The notes under the pieces are model-generated. The model was not told where the DNA came from. It made no database searches and saw nothing but the letters and a program-made list of their open reading frames with translations. Made by a program: the position numbers and the translations under genes. DNA of 64,000 nt, from positions 128,001 to 192,000 of IMG/VR virus record IMGVR_UViG_3300028833_000061; one strand, given 5' to 3'. The DNA comes from a virus (Duplodnaviria > Caudoviricetes). Positions 28,985-39,405 of the stretch are shown here, in pieces (the stretch's first letter is position 1; the number at the start of each line of letters is the position of its first letter).

Positions 28985-30280
28985 TTACTTTCCGAGGTGA
29001 GCAACAAGCAGCTTGGAAGCGGCGGCGATCTTGCTCATCATAGAGGCTCTCTTGTATATGAGAGATGCCTGCTTGCTGACGGGCTTCTTGGAGATCTTCT
29101 TGGCCGCAACCTTCTTCGCGGAGGCCTTCTTGGCAGATGCCTTCTTTGCAGAAGCCTCCTTCTCACCGTCGTCAGCCTCGGGCTCCGCCTCTGGCTCCTC
29201 TCCGGATGGCTCAGCTGAAGTATCTACAGCGGCCTCGTCGCCGCCCTCGGCTGCCTCGTCTCCGACGCCGACATCCAGGCCTAGCTCCTCCGCCGCCTCG
29301 GGCTCCTCGGCCGCGAGCTCCTCGACGATTTCTGCGAGATCCTCCTCGGTGAGAGCTCCAGACTCAAGCTGTGACATCAGGACCTGTGCAACCGCATCCT
29401 CTGGAAGCATCTCGCCGTCATCGGCTACGTCAGCTTCCGCGGCAACGTCTGCTGGAACGTCCTCGGCCGCTGGCTCCTCTGGAACTGCCTCCGGCTCCTG
29501 GGCTGCCATTGCCGCAATGGCGGCATCTGCTTCGTTAGCGCCTAGATCCTGTGCCTGCTTGATGCGAACATACTGAGCGGCTGCGCGCTGTCCTGCTACA
29601 TATTCCTGAGCTGCACGCTGACCAGCTGCATATTCCTCTGCTGCCTTCTCCTGCCCTGAGATGAAGTTGAAGACATCCTCTGCCTGCTTGGCTCCGGCCT
29701 GCTTGGCCATAACCTTCTCCGCAAGATCTGCTCCCTCCTTTTCTGCGAGCATGGCGCACGCGAGTTTGGCGAGAATATCTGTTGTAAGCTCAAGATTCAG
29801 TTCGGGAGCGCCAGCAGACTTCGTATCCGGCTTGGACTCGACCTTCTTCTCCTTCTTCTGTTCTACCGCGGGAGCGGCGGCCTGCTTCGTCTGAGCGGCC
29901 TGCTTCGTCTGAGCAGTCTGCTGTCCGTGGATCAGAGAAAGGATGTCGTTGACAAGAGTCTTCTGCGCAGACGCCTCCTTGGCATTTGCATCGGCTGTCT
30001 CGAGCGGCTTCTCCTCTGGGTTGACGATTGACTCGTCGGACTCGAACAGGTCGCCGGCCGTGATAGGACGATCGTCGCCCTTGCCTTCTGTTGAACGAGT
30101 TGACTCTGGACCCATCGATCCGTCATTCACCTCGGGATCCTCCTTCGGCAGAGTAACGTCCTTGTCGTTCTCCGCACCGGGCATGTTGTCGGGATCCTCT
30201 CCCGAAATTTCAGCGAGCTTTGCCTGTGCACGCTTCGTCATAGCCTGCACTTCCTTGAGCATCTGAGAGTATGTTGCCAT
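28985..30280 (-). CDS. Prohead scaffold/core protein
   Basis: Low-complexity acidic Ala/Glu-rich, many K-x-A motifs, between protease and MCP; start ATG 30280. Confidence 0.7.
   Translation of the reverse strand: MATYSQMLKEVQAMTKRAQAKLAEISGEDPDNMPGAENDKDVTLPKEDPEVNDGSMGPESTRSTEGKGDDRPITAGDLFESDESIVNPEEKPLETADANAKEASAQKTLVNDILSLIHGQQTAQTKQAAQTKQAAAPAVEQKKEKKVESKPDTKSAGAPELNLELTTDILAKLACAMLAEKEGADLAEKVMAKQAGAKQAEDVFNFISGQEKAAEEYAAGQRAAQEYVAGQRAAAQYVRIKQAQDLGANEADAAIAAMAAQEPEAVPEEPAAEDVPADVAAEADVADDGEMLPEDAVAQVLMSQLESGALTEEDLAEIVEELAAEEPEAAEELGLDVGVGDEAAEGGDEAAVDTSAEPSGEEPEAEPEADDGEKEASAKKASAKKASAKKVAAKKISKKPVSKQASLIYKRASMMSKIAAASKLLVAHLGK
29876..29914. repeat. 18 bp tandem duplication encoding QTKQAA
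   Basis: gcggcctgcttcgtctga repeated twice. Confidence 0.7.
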
Positions 30281-30285
30281 GTTTT

Positions 30286-31836
30286 TTATTCCTTCTGCAT
30301 GTCTTGAAGCGCTCCTAGCGCCGTCATGCATTCTGCTATTTTAGATGTTTTTTGGTTCGAAGTTTCGCCACATCGGCTGGTTATGACTGCGTCTATAGCA
30401 GCTAGTTTGTAAGCAGCGTATTTCTCCGCTAATTTCTTAGTTACATAACCATTTAAAATCTTTAATGAAGAATTGTCAACAACAAAATTAGGTTTAGTTC
30501 CTTTTATTGTCGCGGACACTACAGAATCCTCTAGCGAGTCAATGCAAGACGCTTCCTTCAGCTCCTCTTTCAACTCAAAAAGATTCTGTCTCGAGATCGG
30601 AAAAGAGCATCCAAGTGGCCACGCGTCAAAATTTAGATCGTTGCACAGTTTCTGCAAACAGGACGTATCTTTAGCCTCTTTAAGTACTTCAGCAACTTTC
30701 TGCGAAACACCGTTTAAATAAGGCTTAACTGTGTTGAAGTCATCTCCCATCGCATACTTGAAGAAAGACGTCGAATCCATGACAACGCCAGCATCGCCTA
30801 GAACCCTGAAGGCTGCTCCAGGATCAAGTTCGCGAAGCTTGTCTATTGTTGAATCTTTCAAAGGATGTGATGCTATCTTGCACAGCTGTACAAGAAACTT
30901 GTCGCGCGCCGAATCTGCAGAGGCTGTCTTTGTTATAAATCCAACATACTTGTCGTGCATGTCTATAAGCTGATTGGCATACGCTAGTTTCCTGAGTCCA
31001 GAAGGAGACGTGATCGCCAGCCTGTCTGACGCCTCTACACCATAGTATTCAGCAAGCTTCACGGAATCGAACGGAAGCGTGTACGACGCCTCCTTCTCTT
31101 CTTTGTCGTCGTCTTTGTCCTTCTCTTTATTTTCCTCGTCCTTGTTGTCCTTGTCCTCGTCTTCCTCGTCTGGCATTACTTTCATAAGATCCCACGCGAT
31201 TCTATCTGCTGGCTTACCTACAAACGAGATATCGAAGAACTTAGGTTCGTCGTTGAACGTAAATATATGCCTTCCGTCCTCCATCATTTCTCCAAGATGG
31301 TCACGGACATGCTCGCACTCAAGCTCGTCTCCCGCGTGCTTTCTCTTCGCGCCGCAAATAGAGCAACGATCATGGTCTACCATGCAAGCCATCGAAAAGC
31401 AGATCTCGCCATCGCGCTCTAGACGCTCAAGCTCTGGAGCTGCCTTCTCTCTGTCAGCATGTATGAACAGCTCTACACGATCCATCATATCGTTAAAAGC
31501 AGAAGCAATTATATCGCCTATGGACTTCTTGGGGTCCTTATTCCTGTGATGCCTGAATACGTGTCCGAACTCTACAAAAGTCGGATGATACTTCTTGCAC
31601 GCCTCACGAGTAAAACCGTCACCGTTCCTGTTTGCTCTGTATGCCTCTGTGTCACCAAGTGCTACAACGTGAATACCTACATGATTCTTGTCTGGCTTCA
31701 GTTCATCGTAGCTCTTACCAAAAATAGTCTCTGTCTCTTTCTTTTCAGCTGTCTTTACAGAATTGCCGGAGTCGACAATCTCCATGCCGACTCCTATGTC
31801 AGGATCGAACTGCGATGACTGTATCAGCTTTATCAT
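30286..31836 (-). CDS. Prohead maturation protease
   Basis: 516 aa; NRNGDGF, HVFRHHRNKDP.KSIGDI, FSMAC..DRCSICG..CEH, FFDISFVGKPAD motifs of assemblin-fold phage serine proteases. Confidence 0.8.
   Translation of the reverse strand: MIKLIQSSQFDPDIGVGMEIVDSGNSVKTAEKKETETIFGKSYDELKPDKNHVGIHVVALGDTEAYRANRNGDGFTREACKKYHPTFVEFGHVFRHHRNKDPKKSIGDIIASAFNDMMDRVELFIHADREKAAPELERLERDGEICFSMACMVDHDRCSICGAKRKHAGDELECEHVRDHLGEMMEDGRHIFTFNDEPKFFDISFVGKPADRIAWDLMKVMPDEEDEDKDNKDEENKEKDKDDDKEEKEASYTLPFDSVKLAEYYGVEASDRLAITSPSGLRKLAYANQLIDMHDKYVGFITKTASADSARDKFLVQLCKIASHPLKDSTIDKLRELDPGAAFRVLGDAGVVMDSTSFFKYAMGDDFNTVKPYLNGVSQKVAEVLKEAKDTSCLQKLCNDLNFDAWPLGCSFPISRQNLFELKEELKEASCIDSLEDSVVSATIKGTKPNFVVDNSSLKILNGYVTKKLAEKYAAYKLAAIDAVITSRCGETSNQKTSKIAECMTALGALQDMQKE
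30451..30479 (-). promoter_or_regulatory. Candidate sigma70-like promoter for scaffold-capsid genes, inside protease gene
   Basis: TTGACA-17-TTAAAT in a locally AT-rich patch ~170 nt upstream of scaffold ATG. Confidence 0.45.
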
Positions 31837-31839
31837 CGT

Positions 31840-33522
31840 CTACTTTCCCTCGTTAAAATCAGTGTGTGCCTCGTCTGGATACAACGCATTTCCAAGTCTC
31901 TGCAAACCGTCAAGGACCAGACCGCCGCCAACCAATCCAGCAACGCCAGTGCCTACAGCTCCTGGTCTTGTATTTTTATCAGCAAGACTTCTAATCCACC
32001 GCGTGTACCACGGACGTGCACTTAGATCGGCAACCTCTGCATTAAGTTTCGGAATAGTACCAAGCGTCTCGGCATTTCCAGCCGTATCGGTAGCTACAGT
32101 TTTTCCGCTGGCGTCAGTTTTACCGGTAAGACCTTCCAATCTACCTCTAAGTCTATCAATCTCGCTATCTAGAGTCTTTAGGTTAGCATGCCCGATCCCG
32201 CCGTCTCCTTTGCCAGATTGGATATCACGCAATCTTGCCCTGTCTCTTTCAAGACCTATTGGCTCTGTAACAACACGCCTTCCATCACCATCTCGAAGCG
32301 GCTCATTATCAGTTGGTGGTGTTTTTGTGCCAGGATGTTTAGCCCTTTTTGCCTGTTCGCGCGCTATCGCGTCTGCTCTATCCTGTGTAACCACATTAAA
32401 ATCGCCTGCCTCAAGTCTCGGATCTAGACCCTGCCCCTCAACTACAGCATCAATATCGGCAGGGAATCTAAGCCAGGGGCTATACTTTCTAGCGGCTTCC
32501 TGTATATTTTCTCCAACAGCGCGATCAGCACGTCCGACACCGTATGGAGACTCGCGTATACTTTCATTAGGCACGAGTGGCTTAAGACTTAGATTTCCAT
32601 TCCTATCTATAGTTGCAACGTCACCGAATACTTTTGCAAGTCCTTCAGCTCGTGCGCGTGCCGCATCAGCAAACTCAAGACGCGGATCACGTACAGTAGC
32701 GTTTTGTCCGCCACCACCTTCTCCTGCTATTTCATCAAGAGCCTGAGCGCGCATTTCATCTGCGTATATTTTGTATATATCAGGCATATCTATAGCCATA
32801 GCCGCCTCGGTCGCAGCTCTTGCAGGCGTCATCATTTTAGTATTTTTTGTGGTATCGTCTATTACGCTGCGTGCAAGATCTCTATCGCTATTGCTAATAT
32901 CTCGGTTTAAAAGACGATCCTCTTCTGCGATCCGTGACCTAAGGTACCTCATGGTGTCGTCTAGCTCGGCGACCTGTCCAACAACAGAAATGTTGTCCTT
33001 CCATCCGGGTGTTTCAGTCAAGGCAGCTCTCTGAAGCTCTCTATCGTGCAAAACTTCGCGAAGCCTATCTAGGCGATCACTTCTACCTGGAAAATCTGCA
33101 GAAGCTGCAACATTATTGGCCCTAATCTGCCTAAGAGCCTTTAGGCGCTCACTTATTTGAGGCATGACATCCTGAAGAACTCGTGCGTCTGCTGTAGAGT
33201 TCTCGATGAACGCAAGCTCTTCTGGCGTTATTTCTCCACGAGCGATTCTATCTTGAAGCTCAGCTGCCTCGTTTGCTAGCGGCTGTCTTCTTTCCTCGAG
33301 TCTATCAATTTTATCACGCAGTCTCTTAGCACGGTTATTTGCTCTGCTCAACGCCATTCTTGGAGTGTTAAGAACGGCAGCAGCACCGGCGCCGGCTCCT
33401 GCGGCTAGCTCGCCAAGCGCAACTCCTGCGCTAGGGCCTTCCGACGGTGCTGGAGAAACGGCATCTACGCTGTCCTCGAATTTCTCGTCGCCATCTATAG
33501 GCACAAACATGTTATCAGCCAT
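31840..33522 (-). CDS. Hypothetical protein, putative internal virion protein
   Basis: 560 aa coiled-coil with N- and C-terminal Gly/Ala-rich hydrophobic segments. Confidence 0.55.
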   Translation of the reverse strand: MADNMFVPIDGDEKFEDSVDAVSPAPSEGPSAGVALGELAAGAGAGAAAVLNTPRMALSRANNRAKRLRDKIDRLEERRQPLANEAAELQDRIARGEITPEELAFIENSTADARVLQDVMPQISERLKALRQIRANNVAASADFPGRSDRLDRLREVLHDRELQRAALTETPGWKDNISVVGQVAELDDTMRYLRSRIAEEDRLLNRDISNSDRDLARSVIDDTTKNTKMMTPARAATEAAMAIDMPDIYKIYADEMRAQALDEIAGEGGGGQNATVRDPRLEFADAARARAEGLAKVFGDVATIDRNGNLSLKPLVPNESIRESPYGVGRADRAVGENIQEAARKYSPWLRFPADIDAVVEGQGLDPRLEAGDFNVVTQDRADAIAREQAKRAKHPGTKTPPTDNEPLRDGDGRRVVTEPIGLERDRARLRDIQSGKGDGGIGHANLKTLDSEIDRLRGRLEGLTGKTDASGKTVATDTAGNAETLGTIPKLNAEVADLSARPWYTRWIRSLADKNTRPGAVGTGVAGLVGGGLVLDGLQRLGNALYPDEAHTDFNEGK

Positions 33523-33544
33523 CTTTCACGCTCCAGTTAAATCG

Positions 33545-34402
33545 TTATCTAATCTTTCCAAATGTAAAAAGCCTGCGAAGACCTCGCAAGGCATCTCCTT
33601 TGTAATCTCTTGCTGCGTTTCCTACTTGGAATCCTAGAGTATTAAAAGTTCCCGTGTCTTCCTCTCTGAACAGAACTTTATCTGTGTCTGGCATCAATAC
33701 CGGATCGTCACTCCACGGAACAGGTACGCTTACCATCTGAAATATGGTACCGTTGTTGTTTCTATATCCGATTTCATTCCTGTCCGACGCATCATACAGT
33801 CTTCTTGCAACAGCTTCACGGCCTGCAATCTGCTGCGGTATGATTCCGTCTACGACCTCTCTGGTGATGTAGAACGGAACGCCTGCCACAGGCTTCCCGT
33901 CTGATCCACGAAGTGTCACGCCTCTGTCCTGGGCTATCATGGCGGCCTCTGTCCACGGAGTAGAATCAGGATGCTTCTCGTGAGATGCTGTAGCTACGGC
34001 AGCTAGATATTCAAGTCTCTCTGGAGATGGTATCTCGCGCTTTGAAGACACATCTGGTGTCTCTACCGTTGTACCATCCTCTGATACGACAGGCTTCACG
34101 GAATCAGGCACTGGAATGCGTATTGTGTCTTCCTCTGGCTGCTGTTTGCCTGCGCCTGGATCAAACGAGCTGGAATTCCAGTTATCATATGCAAAGCCTG
34201 CCGCTGTGCCTAGTCCTGCGCCTGTCAAAGCGGACAGCAGATACTCCTTAAGCTGATTCTGGTCCTTGTCTTTTGGCCTGAGCGCCTGTACGAGAAGACC
34301 GAGACCGGCCCCGCCAAGCGCTCCAGTCATAGCACCGCTAGCTGCCTTCTTCTCGGCACTGGAAAAACTACCTATTGCAGCAAGATCGTTCTTTGTAATC
34401 AT
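33545..34402 (-). CDS. Glycine-zipper putative internal virion protein
   Basis: EKKAAS then GALGGAGLGLLV..LTGAGLGTAAGF. Confidence 0.55.
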   Translation of the reverse strand: MITKNDLAAIGSFSSAEKKAASGAMTGALGGAGLGLLVQALRPKDKDQNQLKEYLLSALTGAGLGTAAGFAYDNWNSSSFDPGAGKQQPEEDTIRIPVPDSVKPVVSEDGTTVETPDVSSKREIPSPERLEYLAAVATASHEKHPDSTPWTEAAMIAQDRGVTLRGSDGKPVAGVPFYITREVVDGIIPQQIAGREAVARRLYDASDRNEIGYRNNNGTIFQMVSVPVPWSDDPVLMPDTDKVLFREEDTGTFNTLGFQVGNAARDYKGDALRGLRRLFTFGKIR

Positions 34403-34409
34403 CTCTCGC

Positions 34410-35660
34410 CTATGCCCGTCCTGTGAGTTTTATTGCTTCGCGCTGCTTCTTCTCTAGGTCTGTCCACGTATTTGCGTCGTACGGACTTATAGCTATGGAA
34501 TTCACAGCCTGTCTAAGTACTGACCTCGTAAGTTCCTTGTCGTTAGCGAGTTCAGGAGATATGTGCAGCAACGTCTGGTAGATCGACGCAACCGTGTCTG
34601 GATCGGCTTCCGCTATTATCTTGTCTCTTGCCATAAGATCCTGCAGCATCATAGCACGCACAACATTCTCTGTCGTTCGCTTTGTCTCGTCGTTCTCACT
34701 AGCCTGGTTGTCGAAAAGAGCAGAATCCAGATCGAAAGCGTCTGAATGTACTAATCCTTGCGTACCAGTCGTAAGACCCTTGCCAAACGCGAGGCGTCCG
34801 ACCATCGAGGCCTTCTTCTCGTTAAACAGTGATAAAAAAGTACTTGGGCCCTCCTCTTTCTCCCCTATAAACGCAGTCGTTATCTCTGAGTTCATTTTCT
34901 CGGCCTGCTTGTGCATGCTGTCTGCCTGGGCGCGCATGTCTTTCATCGAAGACAGAGTCTCGGCCATATCCTCTGCTGTCTTTATCTCGTCGGAAAGATC
35001 AGAATCGTCAACAAGAGATGCCTTGCACTTTGCTTCCTTGAACTGAGCGGGTAAAACCTTGTCAAGCTCCTTGACGATATCCTTGTTTGCAGACTCCTTG
35101 AAGCGGGCATACTTCTCTACGCCGCCTTTCTTAACAGTCTCAGCAAGCCCATAAAGCTGTGTAACAAGATCGCTCTTCATCATGCCTGCAATGTTAGCTG
35201 CAAAATCTGCGGCATTCTTTACAAGCTTCATCTGATTGACTAGGAGATAAGCCAGATTATCTCGTGACAACCCTGTGGTCTTCTCCTCGTTCTCTGCAGC
35301 CTTCTCGACTACATCATCCTCATGTGCAATGTAATCATAGGCGGGCTTACTGTAGTCGAAGTAAATGTGATTGACCTCTGCGGTCTTCTCCTCCTTGCCA
35401 AGAACCTTGTCTGCGTCTAGCATCATCGCTGCAACCTTGTCCTTGTGTGCAAGAGGAAAAGAAGCGGTTTTGTCGGCAGCTTGCTTGTACTGGTTAATTG
35501 TAATAGCAGTATTTAACGTCTCAACAAGACGATCTGTCTGATCGCTGTTGAACTCATGAGCTGCTGCAGACTTGCAAACAGCCTCGTCAGGCGTGCTTCC
35601 CTCGTTGCAGAACTTTACCGCGTCCTCTAGCGCTGATCTTAATTTGTCTTCAAATGCCAT
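34410..35660 (-). CDS. Putative head core protein
   Basis: 416 aa helical with ~10 K-x-A motifs (DKTAS, EKTAE, EKKAS...). Confidence 0.55.
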   Translation of the reverse strand: MAFEDKLRSALEDAVKFCNEGSTPDEAVCKSAAAHEFNSDQTDRLVETLNTAITINQYKQAADKTASFPLAHKDKVAAMMLDADKVLGKEEKTAEVNHIYFDYSKPAYDYIAHEDDVVEKAAENEEKTTGLSRDNLAYLLVNQMKLVKNAADFAANIAGMMKSDLVTQLYGLAETVKKGGVEKYARFKESANKDIVKELDKVLPAQFKEAKCKASLVDDSDLSDEIKTAEDMAETLSSMKDMRAQADSMHKQAEKMNSEITTAFIGEKEEGPSTFLSLFNEKKASMVGRLAFGKGLTTGTQGLVHSDAFDLDSALFDNQASENDETKRTTENVVRAMMLQDLMARDKIIAEADPDTVASIYQTLLHISPELANDKELTRSVLRQAVNSIAISPYDANTWTDLEKKQREAIKLTGRA

Positions 35661-35679
35661 CTTGGTCTCCTTAGAATCC

Positions 35680-36636
35680 TTAAAATTTACTTGCTATCAG
35701 CTTGTTCAATTCAGCGTTCGCCGCCTCAGTGTCCGCCGCCGGCAGAGCGGTCTTTTCTATGGCTGCCTCGGCCTCCAAAGTGTCCTTGATGGCCCTCATC
35801 ATAGCAGGCTGTGCATCCACCTCCTTTGCAGCTCCTATCACCTGTGGAGACGCCTTGTACAATATTGCCATTAACGTCCTGGTTGTGTCAAGGCCGGTTT
35901 CTCCAGATTCCTTTGATTCCTTCAGCATCTTGGTCTGGCTCGTCAGAGCAGATAGAAGCTTGGCCATCGACTCATGTCCTATACGTCCCTCGAACATCGA
36001 CATGAACACACGAGACTGCGCTACGCGCCACATCTCGTCCAGCATATATTCCTGACTGTCGTTGCGCTTTCCGTGCGCATCCTTCCACAGCCATATCGAC
36101 GTTAGAGTATCGTATCCCATCAAAGCGCCAATCATCTTCCACAGCTGCTCAGGCGGAGTCTCGTCGTCCATTTCTCCTGACGGAAGAGCAAAATACTGTC
36201 TAAGCTGGCACGATGGATGAAGCCTGCCGTTGTCAAGCCTCACGTTAAAATACATCTTCTCGTAGGCTACAAACGCATCCTCGTCTATAGTTCCGCCACC
36301 TATATCCAAAGAAATAACACTGTAGTTTACAGCAGTTAAAAGAAGAGGCTCCAGACGATATTTCACGTCTGAGGGCCTAGTTCCCTGATACCAGACAGAC
36401 GCCATACGCATATTCATCTGTGCCGGATTGAGGCGCCTTCCGTGCTTAAGCGCAGAGAGATAATCTACCTGCCTTTTTATCCACGGATCGTCGACGTACA
36501 TCGAATACTCGGGATCTGGTCTGTACCCCGGGTTGTCGAATAACGCCACAGCTACCGAATTTCGCCAGTCAGGCTCGAATTGGCAAGGATTGTCTATTGG
36601 CGTAACTATTGTCTGTTCGCCAATCTTCAAGATCAA
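35680..36636 (-). CDS. Hypothetical protein
   Basis: 318 aa ORF overlapping stop of 36633..37004. Confidence 0.6.
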   Translation of the reverse strand: MILKIGEQTIVTPIDNPCQFEPDWRNSVAVALFDNPGYRPDPEYSMYVDDPWIKRQVDYLSALKHGRRLNPAQMNMRMASVWYQGTRPSDVKYRLEPLLLTAVNYSVISLDIGGGTIDEDAFVAYEKMYFNVRLDNGRLHPSCQLRQYFALPSGEMDDETPPEQLWKMIGALMGYDTLTSIWLWKDAHGKRNDSQEYMLDEMWRVAQSRVFMSMFEGRIGHESMAKLLSALTSQTKMLKESKESGETGLDTTRTLMAILYKASPQVIGAAKEVDAQPAMMRAIKDTLEAEAAIEKTALPAADTEAANAELNKLIASKF

Positions 36637-37004
36637 CCGCCCTTCGTGAAGAACCTTACAAGCGTAAATATAAGCTCTATGAGAGCTCCAGTAGATGTAA
36701 CGGCAATAAAATACAGCAGCTTCTTCTGCGCGTCGAACTCGGTACGGATCTCCGTGACCTGCGTAGTAAGCGGCTTTGCCGTCTGCGTTCCCTTGTGGAC
36801 CATTCCGTCAAGGTCATCTACCTGGCGCTGCAGCTGATGATACTCAAGATCAAGCTCCGCGATCTTCTTCTCGAGCTCCTGAGCCTTTCTTGTGTTTTCG
36901 TCGATCTGCTTCTGGTTTCTGCGGATAGACTCCTCCAGAACCCCATTCTGCTTAGCCAATTCCAGAAGCCTGGCTCCTGGAAGCTCGATAACCTCTTCTG
37001 CCAT
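36633..37004 (-). CDS. Coiled-coil protein with C-terminal transmembrane helix (holin/XhlA-like topology)
   Basis: Heptad region then LLYFIAVTSTGALIELIFTLV; GGAGG RBS. Confidence 0.5.
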   Translation of the reverse strand: MAEEVIELPGARLLELAKQNGVLEESIRRNQKQIDENTRKAQELEKKIAELDLEYHQLQRQVDDLDGMVHKGTQTAKPLTTQVTEIRTEFDAQKKLLYFIAVTSTGALIELIFTLVRFFTKGG

Positions 37005-37015
37005 CTTACAACCTC

Positions 37016-39340
37016 CTACACCGACACGGTGTCTGCATCGTCCCCGCCAACCGACTTCTTCTTGAGATCGAGAGTCAGCTTGCCGAGCGTCTTGAACGTG
37101 CTTCTAAGCACATCTTCCATCTCGACTACGTCGTCAGTGCCGTAGCGAGAAATGAAATCGTCGTGCTTCCAGTAGTACAGGAACAGCACACGGCCAAGAC
37201 GGTCGAGAGTCTCCATGAACTGCGGAATGTATGAATCGATCACGTTGCCAGTGTCGTAGACACGGCTGAGACCACCGATTGTAGCCTGGTCGAATACGTT
37301 CTTCTGACCAAGCTCGGCCGCCTGCTGTGCAAGCTGCTGTGCCTCCTGGTCGATCGGCAGCTCCTGGTTCTGCTCCATCTCGCCGCCGACGTTTTCGCCC
37401 TGCACGTTCTCGTATGGATCGCCACCAGGAACTCCTGAGAGCTGCCCCTGCGTCTCGTCGACATAAGGCATCTGGTATACAGGCATTCCGGTGTATGGAT
37501 CTGTCGTGGCTCCAGGCATCTGAGGCTGAGGCATGTCAACTCCTACAAACGGAGACATCTGCGCAAACTTGATGACATATTCCTCGCTGCCTGCGTTCTC
37601 TGCCTTCTTGAGCATCTTCTTTGCTTGATCATATCCAAGTCCGAGGCGTGTAACCAGAGTAACGCATGCCTGCTTGTAATTGTCGAATTCTACAGCGGAA
37701 TGTCTGTCGAAATTAAGACGGAAGCCGTGGCTGTTGTGTGCAAGACGCAGCGTATGATGTGCATTCTTGAGCATGTAGTCGAACATGGTCGACTCGCTTC
37801 CGAGCGAAACATCCTCCGGCTTCGCGTCGCGATCGTAGTGCTCCCACGTCTCGTCGTCCCTCTTCGCGCGCTTCTTGTAAAGTTTCAGGCACTTCCAGTC
37901 GGAAGGAATAACTAGATATTCGTCGTTGCGCTTCGGGCGTCCGCTAAATTCTGCAAGCTCGATGTTGTCTACAGTCCAAAGATCCCCGCTCGTAATGCTA
38001 CAACGGAAAGAAGGACGGCCATCCGAGTTTCCAAAGAACTCCTTCACGTCGACAGGTCCGATAAACGTATCCTCCGGGCTGACAAGCAATATCCTATCCC
38101 CGTTCTCTATATCGCCGATACTCTTTGCACTGTCATAGGCCTTGCCTTCCGGGCCAGGATCACCGGCATCGCCGTCGGTCTTTACATACACCTTCTCGTT
38201 CGACCACACCCTTCCAGTGCGTCCATCGTCAGGAAAATACACTAGAGTACGATTAGCCTTGTACTCCTTATCGCCCTGTGCAGCTCCATCCTCATAAAGA
38301 ACATAGCCTTTCTTGAATTCGCCACCTGGCATCAGCACTTCGTACACGCCAGGCTTGTCCGGCGAAGCCATGTACTTAGTATACTCCGTCGTGTATGCGA
38401 TAGACTTCTCGTCGTCCTTGCGCTTGTCTGTGATCGTAAAGCCGTTCTCTACGATATCCTTGGCATCCTCCGTGCCGCGAGGAGTATCTGTAACCTTGAC
38501 ATCGAAATCAGGCTTCTCCTCTGCCTGCTTCTTGATAAGGTAGCAGTCCTTTGCGAACTTGTCGGTATAGAATGCTGACGGTCCTTCGTAGAACTTCATG
38601 GCAGCCTCGGCCATCTTGAAGTTCTCGAACGATTTCATCATTGAAATAACGGACTTAGGTCCGCCAATCTTCTCTGCATAATCCTTGAAGAGATCTGCCG
38701 AAGCTGACTTCTCCACGGCCTGCTTGTGAGTAACGGCACCGACGAAACCAGCCCACGCCTTGTTGAACTCTGGATCTTTCTTGGCTGCTTCCTTCGTAGC
38801 AAGCTGCATGTTTGCCCATGCGTCCTGGAAAGACCACGGCTCGTTTGCCTCAGAAACCTTCTCGTTATGATATCCAAGCGGGCCACTCGATGGATGCTGG
38901 AGAAAATCGAAATCAGGATCCTCGAAATCCTGCTGTACATCCTCAGGAGCGCCTGTTCCTAATTCTACGGCCTGACGATTCGTGATGTTGTCGATCCATT
39001 CCTCGGTCAACGGTACGAATGAGTTCGTGCGCTTGTTGAGGATCATGTCGACTCCCTTCACCTGGCTGTTAAGGAAGAACGCAGGAACATAATAATAGTC
39101 CTTGCCAACCTTAAAACCGAAAATGCCAACCGCACGAGAACCGTCGTCTTCTCTCTCTACAGTCTCGAAACCAAGCATGTACTTCATCAGGCCAGGAGCC
39201 CTGTCCTGAATGAATGCATACGCGATCTTATTAAAATCCTGCTCGAACTGTGTATCGTCTGGATTTAGCTGACCCTCTTTGTAAAAGGCCGTGTTACCTA
39301 CACGTTTCAGCAAAGAATTAAAGCTTGGCTTATTTGTCAT
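37016..39340 (-). CDS. Large putative head structural protein
   Basis: 774 aa, biased codon use, several K-x-A motifs, candidate promoter upstream; family not recognised. Confidence 0.55.
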   Translation of the reverse strand: MTNKPSFNSLLKRVGNTAFYKEGQLNPDDTQFEQDFNKIAYAFIQDRAPGLMKYMLGFETVEREDDGSRAVGIFGFKVGKDYYYVPAFFLNSQVKGVDMILNKRTNSFVPLTEEWIDNITNRQAVELGTGAPEDVQQDFEDPDFDFLQHPSSGPLGYHNEKVSEANEPWSFQDAWANMQLATKEAAKKDPEFNKAWAGFVGAVTHKQAVEKSASADLFKDYAEKIGGPKSVISMMKSFENFKMAEAAMKFYEGPSAFYTDKFAKDCYLIKKQAEEKPDFDVKVTDTPRGTEDAKDIVENGFTITDKRKDDEKSIAYTTEYTKYMASPDKPGVYEVLMPGGEFKKGYVLYEDGAAQGDKEYKANRTLVYFPDDGRTGRVWSNEKVYVKTDGDAGDPGPEGKAYDSAKSIGDIENGDRILLVSPEDTFIGPVDVKEFFGNSDGRPSFRCSITSGDLWTVDNIELAEFSGRPKRNDEYLVIPSDWKCLKLYKKRAKRDDETWEHYDRDAKPEDVSLGSESTMFDYMLKNAHHTLRLAHNSHGFRLNFDRHSAVEFDNYKQACVTLVTRLGLGYDQAKKMLKKAENAGSEEYVIKFAQMSPFVGVDMPQPQMPGATTDPYTGMPVYQMPYVDETQGQLSGVPGGDPYENVQGENVGGEMEQNQELPIDQEAQQLAQQAAELGQKNVFDQATIGGLSRVYDTGNVIDSYIPQFMETLDRLGRVLFLYYWKHDDFISRYGTDDVVEMEDVLRSTFKTLGKLTLDLKKKSVGGDDADTVSV

Positions 39341-39370
39341 TTAACAACCCCTTGTTGCTTGCTCCACTTA

Positions 39371-39399
39371 AAAATAACAGATATGGAAATTATTTTCAA
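39371..39399 (-). promoter_or_regulatory. Candidate sigma70-like promoter
   Basis: TTGAAA-17-TATTTT with TGn extension in AT-rich intergenic gap. Confidence 0.5.
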
Positions 39400-39405
39400 T
39401 TTATA

